This document shows, one piece after another, positions 38,346 to 47,088 of a DNA stretch of 64,000 nt. Origin of the DNA: an uncultured Muribaculaceae bacterium (GTDB taxonomy: Bacteria; Bacteroidota; Bacteroidia; Bacteroidales; UBA932). Within the stretch, counting starts at the first letter, position 1. Each line of letters opens with the position of its first letter. The notes under the pieces were generated by a model. The model saw nothing but the letters and a program-made list of their open reading frames with translations. It was not told where the DNA came from and searched no databases. The translations under genes and the position numbers were made by a program. Location of the stretch: positions 347-64,346 of the forward strand of contig CAZSLC010000011.1 in the NCBI GenBank assembly GCA_964607675.1. Reading direction: 5' to 3'.

Positions 38346-39005
38346 TTATTTTCTAAACTTCCTCCTCATTGCCATATAAAAGCCATGAACAGCAGAAGAG
38401 TTTTCATCCCAATCCCCAAACGAGGAGTGCAGATAATCTATTGCATTAGCAAATGAATCGAGTGTATTGATATGATTGACAGCCAATTCAAATAGTTTAT
38501 CCTCATCGTCGAACAACTCTCTTATAAAATAAATTTTATCATTTATTGAAAAAGCATCTCTCAAATCTAATACTTTCTCACCTACTGGATCATCATATAT
38601 GACACTTTTATCATATTCTCTCGCTTCATCTATTTCTTCATTTCTCACTTCTTCACTTTTTCTTTTATCCATAACCACATTCTCATTTATCTCCTCATTT
38701 ATCTCCTCATTTATCTCCTCATTTATCTTATCATTTATCTTATCACTTATCTTCTCACTTATCTTCTCACTTTTTTGTGCTCTTTCCTCTACTATTTTCT
38801 CCCCCATCTGAGCAACTATCTGCGCAATTCTTTCAGTAACTTTTTTTTCCACCCTCTCCTCTTCATTTTTCATAGAATTGTATAGTGCATCGTTTTGTTT
38901 CGATTTAAGTGCCTCAATTTCATTTCTCTGGGCAGTTAACTCCTCTGTAACCAAAACAGTCAATAGCTCTAATATTGATTTTATCTCTGAAATTCTATCA
39001 TCCAT
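38346..39005 (-). CDS. Hypothetical coiled-coil/acidic protein with a tetrapeptide-repeat tract and a conserved C-terminal domain
   Basis: ORF with an ATG start, 1-nt gap to rsmI. EKISEKISDKINDKINEEINEEINEEINE tract. I recognise no family. Confidence 0.5.
   Translation of the reverse strand: MDDRISEIKSILELLTVLVTEELTAQRNEIEALKSKQNDALYNSMKNEEERVEKKVTERIAQIVAQMGEKIVEERAQKSEKISEKISDKINDKINEEINEEINEEINENVVMDKRKSEEVRNEEIDEAREYDKSVIYDDPVGEKVLDLRDAFSINDKIYFIRELFDDEDKLFELAVNHINTLDSFANAIDYLHSSFGDWDENSSAVHGFYMAMRRKFRK
38682..38772 (-). repeat. In-frame 12-bp tandem repeat, about 7.5 units (ctcatttatctc and variants)
   Basis: Direct reading: three perfect ctcatttatctc units, then ctcatttatctt, atcatttatctt, atcacttatctt, ctcacttatctt and a partial unit. 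Confidence 0.85.
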
Positions 39006-39018
39006 ATGTAGTTTTTAT

Positions 39019-39026
39019 TAACTTTG
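39019..39026 (+). promoter_or_regulatory. -7 promoter box (TAACTTTG) for tdk
   Basis: Exact TAnnTTTG, 31 nt upstream of ATG 39058. Confidence 0.45.
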
Positions 39027-39044
39027 TCTATACTTAAGTCTCTA

Positions 39045-39052
39045 CAAAATTA
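39045..39052 (-). promoter_or_regulatory. -7 promoter box (TAATTTTG) for the hypothetical-rsmI-comEA-like unit
   Basis: Exact TAnnTTTG on the minus strand, 39 nt upstream of ATG 39005. Confidence 0.4.
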
Positions 39053-39057
39053 CTCAA

Positions 39058-39633
39058 ATGTTTTTAGAAAACGCAAAAAAACCTGGTTGGATTGAAGTTA
39101 TCTGTGGATCTATGTTCTCTGGTAAAACCGAGGAACTCATAAGAAGACTCAGGAGAGCAAAATTCGCCAATTTAAAAGTTGAAATTTTCAAACCAGTAAT
39201 AGATATCAGATATTCTGAAAATGAGGTTGTATCACACGACTCTAAATCAATATTATCAACCCCTGTTGACTCTTCATCAAGCATCCTTCTTTTAGCTACT
39301 GATGTGGATGTGGTGGGGATAGATGAAGCTCAATTTTTCGATGATGGCATCATAGACGTATGCCAACAATTAGCAGCCAATGGTGTGAGGGTCATTGTAG
39401 CTGGTCTCGACATGGATTATCTTGGTAAGCCATTCGGTCCAATGCCATATCTTATGGCTGTGGCTGAACATGTTACAAAAGTACATGCAATTTGCGTAAG
39501 ATGTGGCGATCCAGCTCATCATTCACATAGATTATCTGCAAGTGACCAATTAGTTGTACTTGGGGAAAAAGACACTTATGAGCCTATTTGTCGCCATTGT
39601 TTCAATAAATTGATGAAAAAAAACAATAAATAA
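39058..39633 (+). CDS. tdk: Thymidine kinase
   Basis: P-loop [19 protein letters not shown], zinc ribbon CVRCG..CRHC. Confidence 0.93.
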   Translation: MFLENAKKPGWIEVICGSMFSGKTEELIRRLRRAKFANLKVEIFKPVIDIRYSENEVVSHDSKSILSTPVDSSSSILLLATDVDVVGIDEAQFFDDGIIDVCQQLAANGVRVIVAGLDMDYLGKPFGPMPYLMAVAEHVTKVHAICVRCGDPAHHSHRLSASDQLVVLGEKDTYEPICRHCFNKLMKKNNK

Positions 39634-39651
39634 GTGGGGCATTGACTATTA

Positions 39652-40311
39652 CTAAACTATTTTACTAAGATTAGTAACAGTCAGTAATTTGCCATCCGAA
39701 TCATAAACTTCTTGTTTGACAACCCCTATCCCAAGGGAATACCATGTAATGATTTTGTTTACCATAGTACGTCCTATCCTTCTCTGCCGCTGCCACTCTG
39801 TCAATTTATAACAATTAATGGTACCACATAAAGTATTAAGCTCCTCAATAGCAACTACTTTTCTATCGTACATATAGATATTAGCTGTAAAATTTTTGAT
39901 ATGTAGTTTCAACTCGCTATTGCCAATGGAACCTCCAATAGAGAGAGAAGAGGGTATCGAACTCACATCACCCTTAATCATTATGGACTCAATATTAAAT
40001 GCCATTTTGAAATCATCAATACTCGCTGAAGTGACACCATCCTTAGAGAGAGCAGTGATGACAACAGACTTCCCTTTAAACATAGGTTCATCTTTAGAAT
40101 CAAAATAATTGTACTTGAATACAATTTCTCCATTTTTAAAATCTCCAATAGAGGAGACAATCTTCTGACAAAAGGTATAGATTAAATCTCCATTCTCGTC
40201 ATAAGTGGAGTAGAACAACTCAGCTCCGTCTTCCCTTTTAACGAAGTCACTCTGTCCATTCGATATAAATGGGATAATAATAAAAAAAGTGAACAATAAG
40301 ACCCTTTTCAT
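39652..40311 (-). CDS. Hypothetical secreted protein
   Basis: Signal peptide MKRVLLFTFFIIIPFISNGQ. ATGA overlap with the upstream CNNM gene. No family recognised. Confidence 0.45.
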   Translation of the reverse strand: MKRVLLFTFFIIIPFISNGQSDFVKREDGAELFYSTYDENGDLIYTFCQKIVSSIGDFKNGEIVFKYNYFDSKDEPMFKGKSVVITALSKDGVTSASIDDFKMAFNIESIMIKGDVSSIPSSLSIGGSIGNSELKLHIKNFTANIYMYDRKVVAIEELNTLCGTINCYKLTEWQRQRRIGRTMVNKIITWYSLGIGVVKQEVYDSDGKLLTVTNLSKIV

Positions 40312-41582
40312 TGAACATTAACCTTTGTTACTAACAATTTATCAATACGTGCTCCATCCATATCTATTATTTCAAATCTGAAATTGTACCACAACACGCT
40401 CTCCCCCGTTGATGGAATATGTTCTAATAATTCAATAACTAAGCCACTAATAGTGTTATAATCATTTTCTGAATATAAATCTTCTATTTCAAAATGCGAA
40501 AGAAAATCATAAAAAGGGCATTGACCATCTACAAGCCAACCCTCTCCGTCATGTCTTTGAATGATATAAGGCTCTTCTTCTTCATCCGTAATAGCACCGA
40601 CAAGTCCCTCAAGTATATCCTTGTGAGTCACTATTCCCTGACAAACACCAAATTCATCGCATATAAGGCCATAGCCAACTTGTTTTCCTTTCATTTGCTC
40701 AAGGACCTTATAAACATCCATATTTTCATGGAAATACTGAATAGGTTTAACTATTTGCATTATATTGAATCCATCTTGGTCCAGTTTACCAAAAAGATCC
40801 TTCAAAAATACGACACCGACCAACTCATCAAGACTACCTTTTCCAACAGGATAGACTTCAAAAAGATTCTCTTGTACAATTTTATTGATTTGCTCATTGG
40901 ACATTTCAACATCAATCCACACAATCTCATTTCGACTGGTCATTATTGTCTCAATCTTTCTATCCCCTAAAGAAAACACTCTCTCAACTATGTCTTGTTC
41001 AACATCTTGCACCTCACCATCTTCATTACCCTCTGCTATCATCGATTTGATCTCCTCTTCAGTGACCTTAGAATCTTCATTTTTTATACCGAAAAGTTTG
41101 ACAATCCCCTGTGTTGATTTGGCCAATAGCCATACAAAAGGGGAGGCGACAAGTGAAAGAAAAAGCATTGGGCCTGATGCCACTTTAGCTATCTTTTCAG
41201 GACTTCCCATACCAATTCTCTTAGGGACTAATTCGCCAAAAATAATGGTTACTATTGTGACAACTATTACAATGATAGTCTGTGCTAATGGATGTGATAC
41301 AGTTTGACTTACCCCAATGGATGAGAGAAAAAGAGAAAAGTCATCTGCAAGTGTTGCTCCAGAATAGATACCTGTCAATATACCTATAAGGGTGATACCT
41401 ATTTGAATTGTTGATAAAAACTTATTGGGATCTCGTATCAATTTTAATGCTGTCCCAGCTGTTTTGCTCCCTTTCTTGGCATCGGCCGCCAAACTTGATT
41501 TTCTAGCATTGACTAAAGATATCTCTGCCATGGCAAAAATGCCATTTAGAAGAATAAGGAGGATAATGATTAGTATTTCCAT
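40308..41582 (-). CDS. CNNM/HlyC-CorC family transporter (DUF21 TM domain, CBS pair, CorC_HlyC domain)
   Basis: N-terminal 4-TM DUF21-type region (LLNGIFAMAEISLV), FGELVPKR, CBS pair region and a C-terminal transporter-associated domain. Confidence 0.85.
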   Translation of the reverse strand: MEILIIILLILLNGIFAMAEISLVNARKSSLAADAKKGSKTAGTALKLIRDPNKFLSTIQIGITLIGILTGIYSGATLADDFSLFLSSIGVSQTVSHPLAQTIIVIVVTIVTIIFGELVPKRIGMGSPEKIAKVASGPMLFLSLVASPFVWLLAKSTQGIVKLFGIKNEDSKVTEEEIKSMIAEGNEDGEVQDVEQDIVERVFSLGDRKIETIMTSRNEIVWIDVEMSNEQINKIVQENLFEVYPVGKGSLDELVGVVFLKDLFGKLDQDGFNIMQIVKPIQYFHENMDVYKVLEQMKGKQVGYGLICDEFGVCQGIVTHKDILEGLVGAITDEEEEPYIIQRHDGEGWLVDGQCPFYDFLSHFEIEDLYSENDYNTISGLVIELLEHIPSTGESVLWYNFRFEIIDMDGARIDKLLVTKVNVQ

Positions 41583-41603
41583 AATAACTCTTGATAAGCA
41601 AAA

Positions 41604-42476
41604 TTAAGCATTTTTATTGTTAGATTGCAAATAGGTTTGAAAAAGGACAGATAATACTATCATCGCAACCCCCACATAGAATGATAGATTCAACTCATTT
41701 GCCTCCCCAAAGAGTGTAAAAGCAAGAATAACACTATAAACTGGCTCAAGGTTAAAAGTCAAATTAACTGTGAAAGAGGATAAATCCTTAAGGGCATCAA
41801 TTTGAAAAATATATGGTACAATGGTACAGATAGATGCAAGAATGAACATCCACCCCATATCAACAGAGGTTGGGATAAGGGCACTTGCTGGCATAATAAG
41901 GAGATAAAAGGGCATCAAAGCAGACAAGGTGATAAAACCAGAGAACATCTCATAGAATAGCACATTGGTAGTTGTCGTTATTCCCCTCCAGTTTTTATTG
42001 AAAATTGTAAATAAAGCGGCAAGAATAGCAGAGATGATTCCATATAAGATACCAAGTCTGTACCTCGAATCAAAAGAGAAAATAAGGGCTACTCCAAATA
42101 GGGCAATAGCACTTAATACCACCTCTCGAAATGAAAATCTCTTTTTAGAAATAATAGGATTGAGAATGGCAGAAAAAAAACCAACGGTAGAAAAGCAAAT
42201 GACACCGATAGAAATATTTGATTTTATGATACTGCCGTAGAAAAACACCCAGTGCAGTGCTATCATTGCCCCGATAAAAAACAATTTTTTAAAATCGTGA
42301 AATTGTATCTTCTTGAAAGATTTTGAAAAAAGGAGAATGAGAATCAGCACGATAGAGGCAATCATCATTCTATACCATACGAAAGCAAACTCATCCAGAT
42401 GAATGAGTTTGCCGAATATGCCTGTAAATCCCGCAAGGAGTACAGCAATGTGTAGCTTTATGAGTGATGTTTTCAC
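41604..42476 (-). CDS. EamA/DMT-family transporter
   Basis: About 10 TM segments in two halves. GTG start overlapping the hydA stop (GTGA). Confidence 0.75.
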   Translation of the reverse strand: MKTSLIKLHIAVLLAGFTGIFGKLIHLDEFAFVWYRMMIASIVLILILLFSKSFKKIQFHDFKKLFFIGAMIALHWVFFYGSIIKSNISIGVICFSTVGFFSAILNPIISKKRFSFREVVLSAIALFGVALIFSFDSRYRLGILYGIISAILAALFTIFNKNWRGITTTTNVLFYEMFSGFITLSALMPFYLLIMPASALIPTSVDMGWMFILASICTIVPYIFQIDALKDLSSFTVNLTFNLEPVYSVILAFTLFGEANELNLSFYVGVAMIVLSVLFQTYLQSNNKNA

Positions 42477-43906
42477 ACTTGCTCTTGTGTCAATTTATAC
42501 AATTTCACGGAGTTATCAATTGTCTTTTCTTTCGCTTCATTGCCATATTTATCAACGTCAAAGACATTCTTAGGACTGTGAGTAATACATAATGCTCCAT
42601 TTACACAACCTCCCTCACAAGCCATTCCCTCAAAGAAATTTTCAGTTGCCTTCCCCATTTTAAGTCTCAAGAGAGCCTTTTTGCACTCATCTATACCACT
42701 CATATATATAGGAGAGACACCAGTTATCCCCATAGCCGTCCCAACATCAGAAATACCTTTGGTAATTCCACCCGATTTTGCAAATATTCTACCATAATAA
42801 GAGGCATTATCGAGGAGAGAATCTTCCATCTTAGTAGTGTCTATTCCCCTCGCATCAACGAATGCCTGCAACTCCTCAAATGACATGACTGAATCAATCA
42901 CCCCATTGGTCTTTGCCATTTTATACTCCATCTTTTTAGAGCTGCATGGCCCTATAAAGACTATTTTAGCATTGGGATCAGAATGTCTTATCAACATAGC
43001 TGTCTCTATCATTGGAGATGGGGAATGAGAGATGTATTGAACCAACTCAGGGAAATATTTTTCTATATACATCACAAATGAGGGGCAACAAGAGGTGGTC
43101 ATGAGTTTCTTCTCATTCCACTCTTGTGCTTCGTGATATAGTGTAATATCAGCCCCCAATGCCGCCTCAACTACCTGATGGAAACCGAGTTTCTTAATGG
43201 CAGTTACCACCTGAGTAACCCTTCCATACGCACACTGACTCACAATAGCTGGAGCTATGATGGCGTAAACTTTATATTTAGTATTATCTTCCGATTTCTT
43301 TAAGATATCGATAATATCGAGTACTAAAGATTTGTCAGTGATAGCACCAAAAGGACATTTATAAATACAAGCTCCACAAGAGATACATTTATCGTTATTG
43401 ATAACTGCTTTCTTTTGATCATTCATAGATATTGCTTTCACTTTGCAACTTTGGATACAAGGACGATGTTGCTGAATAATAGCTCCATAAGGACACACTT
43501 GGGTACACTTACCACACTCAATACATTTGCTTTTATCTACCACTGATTTATTTTCAACAATAGAAATTGCCCCCTTAGGACATACCTCCTGGCAACTATG
43601 CATTATACATCCACGGCAAGCAGGTGTCACGTATATCCCGTCAATAGGGCACTCGTCACATGCTATATCAATCACTTCAACCGAATTGGGATTTTCTTTG
43701 TGTCCACCCATCGCCATAGTGATTCTCTCTTGAACTATTGCTCTTTCTTTGTAAACACAACATCTTAATTCAGAACGGGGACCAGGACTAATCAATTTCG
43801 GAATTTCATTGTATGCTGTGTCCATTCCTCCATCGTAGGCACGCCTTATTACCTCTTTTAAAACTTTGTACTTTAATAATTGAACATTTGTATCAAAAAT
43901 TCTCAT
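42473..43906 (-). CDS. hydA: Catalytic [FeFe]-hydrogenase (monomeric, multiple ferredoxin-type clusters plus an extra N-terminal Cys-rich segment; group B-like)
   Basis: H-cluster motifs L1 TTSCCPSF, L2 GPCSSKKMEY, L3 EGMACEGGCVNG. Ferredoxin-type motifs CIECGKCTQVCP and CISCGACIYKCP. Confidence 0.88.
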   Translation of the reverse strand: MRIFDTNVQLLKYKVLKEVIRRAYDGGMDTAYNEIPKLISPGPRSELRCCVYKERAIVQERITMAMGGHKENPNSVEVIDIACDECPIDGIYVTPACRGCIMHSCQEVCPKGAISIVENKSVVDKSKCIECGKCTQVCPYGAIIQQHRPCIQSCKVKAISMNDQKKAVINNDKCISCGACIYKCPFGAITDKSLVLDIIDILKKSEDNTKYKVYAIIAPAIVSQCAYGRVTQVVTAIKKLGFHQVVEAALGADITLYHEAQEWNEKKLMTTSCCPSFVMYIEKYFPELVQYISHSPSPMIETAMLIRHSDPNAKIVFIGPCSSKKMEYKMAKTNGVIDSVMSFEELQAFVDARGIDTTKMEDSLLDNASYYGRIFAKSGGITKGISDVGTAMGITGVSPIYMSGIDECKKALLRLKMGKATENFFEGMACEGGCVNGALCITHSPKNVFDVDKYGNEAKEKTIDNSVKLYKLTQEQV

Positions 43907-43909
43907 AAC

Positions 43910-45073
43910 CTAATTATAAAATATATTTACTTTTTTTCCTATTATTCTTAGAATACTCGCAAGACGTTCTACCAGCTTAAGTTTCATTGTAGTATCAATC
44001 GGCAATCCTTGGTGAGCAATATTTACACTCCTACCCACAAAAAATGTAACCTCTGATGCCTCTTCGAGTAGAATCTGCGCCAATAGCGACGCCCCATCTT
44101 GCTTTGTAAATGATTTGGGGGTTAGATCATCCGCCAATATGTATTTTTCACACAGCTCAATAAGACGTCTCAATGTGATAACTCCTTCAGTTGTAAGGTC
44201 TATTCCCTCGATAAACCCTATTGGAGGGACATCTTTATCTGGAAAATCAAAACTTGTTCTAAGGTTTTTATTGAGATAACGGGCCACAATCTGAGAACTA
44301 GTACCTCCACAAACCACCTTCTTTGTATCCCCATCCATAAACTGTGCAACATATTGGTCGTCTTTGTTTTTGTCAACAGGGGGTCCCACCATTATATTTA
44401 CCTTTACACTTTTCCTCAATTTGACTGCTGCAACTGTTGTGTCATCTCCTGGTTTATCCAAATATAAATCGTTGCAAGCTGATGCCAACATACATGAGGC
44501 ACTTCTTGCAGACATATTTCTCTTTATATTGATATTTAGATGTTCCAAAATCTCCTTACGTTGCCACCCAAAGTTAAGAATCATCCCAACACCAGCGTGT
44601 ATAGTCCCATCCGACATAATAAATGCCATGTCGCCCTCATTGAGTTTTAATTTTGATTCATAAACCTTTTTTCCATATATCTCATGAAGATTTCTCTCAA
44701 AATCAACACATTTGCCATCATGATAATAGATAGCTTGAGGATTGTCAAATTCGAAAAGGACACCCTCTCCATCTTTGTTGATATGAATCACTGAAAATGT
44801 TGAATATGCGACCTCTCTCACCTTGCAAATAGGAAGTGTTTGAATCATCGTCTCAATACACTCCACTATGTCAATATCATTGGAGACCATTGTACATAAT
44901 ATCTTAGATGTAAGGGTTGACAGAATATTTGCTTTTACTCCACTGCCCAAACCATCTGCAAGGACCAAAGTCGTCCAATCTCCATTGATATGACACTCGA
45001 CATTGTCACCACAGAGCTCTTCGCCATATTTATTCAGCGATGTATATCCGTACTCAACGCATAGCTCCATCAC
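43910..45073 (-). CDS. SpoIIE/PP2C-family serine phosphatase with a C-terminal domain of unknown function
   Basis: GEELCGDNVE..LADGLGSGVKANILS..SDGTIHAG (PP2C/SpoIIE-type metal-binding Asp motifs). ATGA overlap with hydS and a 3-nt gap to hydA. Confidence 0.75.
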   Translation of the reverse strand: MMELCVEYGYTSLNKYGEELCGDNVECHINGDWTTLVLADGLGSGVKANILSTLTSKILCTMVSNDIDIVECIETMIQTLPICKVREVAYSTFSVIHINKDGEGVLFEFDNPQAIYYHDGKCVDFERNLHEIYGKKVYESKLKLNEGDMAFIMSDGTIHAGVGMILNFGWQRKEILEHLNINIKRNMSARSASCMLASACNDLYLDKPGDDTTVAAVKLRKSVKVNIMVGPPVDKNKDDQYVAQFMDGDTKKVVCGGTSSQIVARYLNKNLRTSFDFPDKDVPPIGFIEGIDLTTEGVITLRRLIELCEKYILADDLTPKSFTKQDGASLLAQILLEEASEVTFFVGRSVNIAHQGLPIDTTMKLKLVERLASILRIIGKKVNIFYN

Positions 45074-46785
45074 TCTCCTCCTTGTTCGTTTTCTTGAAGT
45101 GTTTTTTTCAATTTCAATAAAGCAACTTTCGTTTCAGCTGTAGTTTCTCCAAGCAACGACGCTATCTCTTGAGCTACACGCATTTGCTTCTTAATTACTT
45201 CATCTGTTGTGCTCAATGTTTCCATCCTCATCTTTGAGAGACTGTCACCATATTTAACACTATCTGTAACATCCTTCATGATTCCAAATAGGGCATGATT
45301 ATTACTCAAAAGATTGATTGAAAGATCTACATATTTTTTTGTTTCAGGTATATACATTCCTTCTTGTTCGATATGCCTCTTTTCACTCATTGCTATGAGA
45401 AAATCTGATGGATTAAAGAAATCGACAGCAGGAAGTCCCTTCAAATTGACAGCTGTAATACCAAGAAGCTCTTTCGCTTTATTGTTGATATCTATAACAT
45501 TTAAATCATTGTCTAATACAATAATCCCTTCAGGACTATTGTGAATGATCTCATAGGACATTGTTTCAGCCTTTTCTCTCATAAATGGAAGACATATATC
45601 CCAATCTGCATAACCATTTATCACGGCCCAAGCTTTTTCTCTACAAGTAGAATAACCACAAGCACCACAATTGAGCTCATCTTCTGGTTTAAATTTGCCT
45701 ATCTTATGAAGGAGGGCTGTGATCTCAGCTTCAGTCCCTGGTACACTTTTGGCCCTCAATCTTGGATAACTGGCCCTTAAGTCAACATCGTATTTAAAAT
45801 CTGTTGGTTCAGGAGGCAGGGTGGATATATCTTTCTTGACATATTTTCGCAAATCCATAGTGGCTTTGATGCTGTCCCCTTTCTTGGTGAGACTGCAAGG
45901 TCCATTGACACAAGCATCCCTACAAACATTCATTTCAAGAAAAACTCCCGACAAAGTATCGATGTTCTTTAATACATGAAGGCATCTTCCAGGACCATCC
46001 ACAGCCATATATTCATATCCTTTAGGTAGAGTATCAAAAGATTTGATGATACCATGACTGATGGGATATGATTTTGAAAGATTTGCAAACTTCTTCTTGT
46101 TATTTACCTTTAACTTGGAAATCTCATCAAGGATAATTCCTTTTTCCTCGAACATTATGCTAAGGTCCTCAAAGGTAAGGACACCATCAATCAAAGAACT
46201 TTCGCGTGCCTCACGCTTTTTAGCTAAACAAGGACCAACAAAAATAATTTTTGCGTTAGGGTATTCCTTTTTTAAGATTTTGGCATGCGCAATCATGGGG
46301 GAGTCAACTGGTGCAAGATATTGGAGTGCTTTGGGGTAATACTCTTGAATCATTCTGCACAGAGCTGGACAAGCAGAGGTGATAAAATTGGGATACTCTC
46401 CCGATTCGAGGAGCTTTTTATACTCCTTTGTCACCGCATTGGCACCCACGGCCGTCTCCTCTGCATCTGCAAATCCGAGTTTTCCAAGTGCTATTCTGAA
46501 AATTGAGAAGTCATCAATACCAAAACTTGAGACAAAAGATGGAGCAACACTTGCAAATACCATATCACTCTCCTTCAAGATTTTTTTGATATTGTCCATC
46601 TCACTATGCACTATTTTCGCATTTTGAGGACATACAATGGTGCAAGTACCACACAAAATACACCTTTCAGGTATAATTTTAGCTTGATGGTCCTTAACCT
46701 CAATTGACTTTACAGGACACTCTCTCAAGCACTTATAACAATCTTTACATCGAGCAGGTTTAAACTCGAGATATTCAGTTATCAT
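45070..46785 (-). CDS. Sensory [FeFe]-hydrogenase-like protein (HydS/HfsB-type, group C-like) with a C-terminal PAS domain
   Basis: Two ferredoxin-type motifs (CKDCYKCLRECP, CILCGTCTIVCP). Modified H-cluster motifs TSACP / GPCLAKKRE / EMNVCRDACVNG. Extra CGACGYSTC..C motif. PAS (aa ~408-510). Helical tail. Confidence 0.8.
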   Translation of the reverse strand: MITEYLEFKPARCKDCYKCLRECPVKSIEVKDHQAKIIPERCILCGTCTIVCPQNAKIVHSEMDNIKKILKESDMVFASVAPSFVSSFGIDDFSIFRIALGKLGFADAEETAVGANAVTKEYKKLLESGEYPNFITSACPALCRMIQEYYPKALQYLAPVDSPMIAHAKILKKEYPNAKIIFVGPCLAKKREARESSLIDGVLTFEDLSIMFEEKGIILDEISKLKVNNKKKFANLSKSYPISHGIIKSFDTLPKGYEYMAVDGPGRCLHVLKNIDTLSGVFLEMNVCRDACVNGPCSLTKKGDSIKATMDLRKYVKKDISTLPPEPTDFKYDVDLRASYPRLRAKSVPGTEAEITALLHKIGKFKPEDELNCGACGYSTCREKAWAVINGYADWDICLPFMREKAETMSYEIIHNSPEGIIVLDNDLNVIDINNKAKELLGITAVNLKGLPAVDFFNPSDFLIAMSEKRHIEQEGMYIPETKKYVDLSINLLSNNHALFGIMKDVTDSVKYGDSLSKMRMETLSTTDEVIKKQMRVAQEIASLLGETTAETKVALLKLKKTLQENEQGGE

Positions 46786-46800
46786 TATATTATGTAAATA

Positions 46801-47079
46801 TTATTTATTCAATAAAGGATATATTTCTTTAAGGAATTTATCCTCTGCATTTTCTTTATTCACATTGTGAACAAAAATATCATTCCCTTGATTATCAGCC
46901 TCCTCACCTTTCACAGTAACCCCTTCAGCACAGAAACCAAGACAAAAACTTGCTTGTAAATCCACTAAATCTTCAACATCATATTTTTTTAAGAGCTTTT
47001 TCATCTCCTCAATAACATCATAAGATCCTTTAAGATGGCAAGAGCTGCCGACACATACTTTTACTACCATAGTTTGCAT
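46801..47079 (-). CDS. Thioredoxin-like [2Fe-2S] ferredoxin (NuoE/HndA-like small protein)
   Basis: CX4C (VCVGSSCHLKG) plus CX3C (SFCLGFCAEG) spacing; 92 aa. Lies 15 nt upstream of hydS. Confidence 0.65.
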   Translation of the reverse strand: MQTMVVKVCVGSSCHLKGSYDVIEEMKKLLKKYDVEDLVDLQASFCLGFCAEGVTVKGEEADNQGNDIFVHNVNKENAEDKFLKEIYPLLNK

Positions 47080-47088
47080 TTATTATTA

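Noticed and set aside
38682-38772. Tandem repeats (here, 37406-37444 and 25906-25938) as possible CRISPR or other non-coding arrays
   Set aside because: The units are only 9-12 bp, directly abutting without spacers, and in frame within ORFs. They are coding microsatellites, not CRISPR.
40494-41307. Two plus-strand ORFs of 158 and 140 aa antisense to the CNNM transporter gene. Similar shadow ORFs occur at 50177-50608, 5252-5704, 15329-15700, 17979-18395, 20024-20392, 25816-26181 and 7800-8165.
   Set aside because: All lie fully inside strongly supported genes on the other strand or in another frame. Their composition is low-complexity or biased and they contain no motifs. They are typical shadow ORFs of AT-rich DNA.
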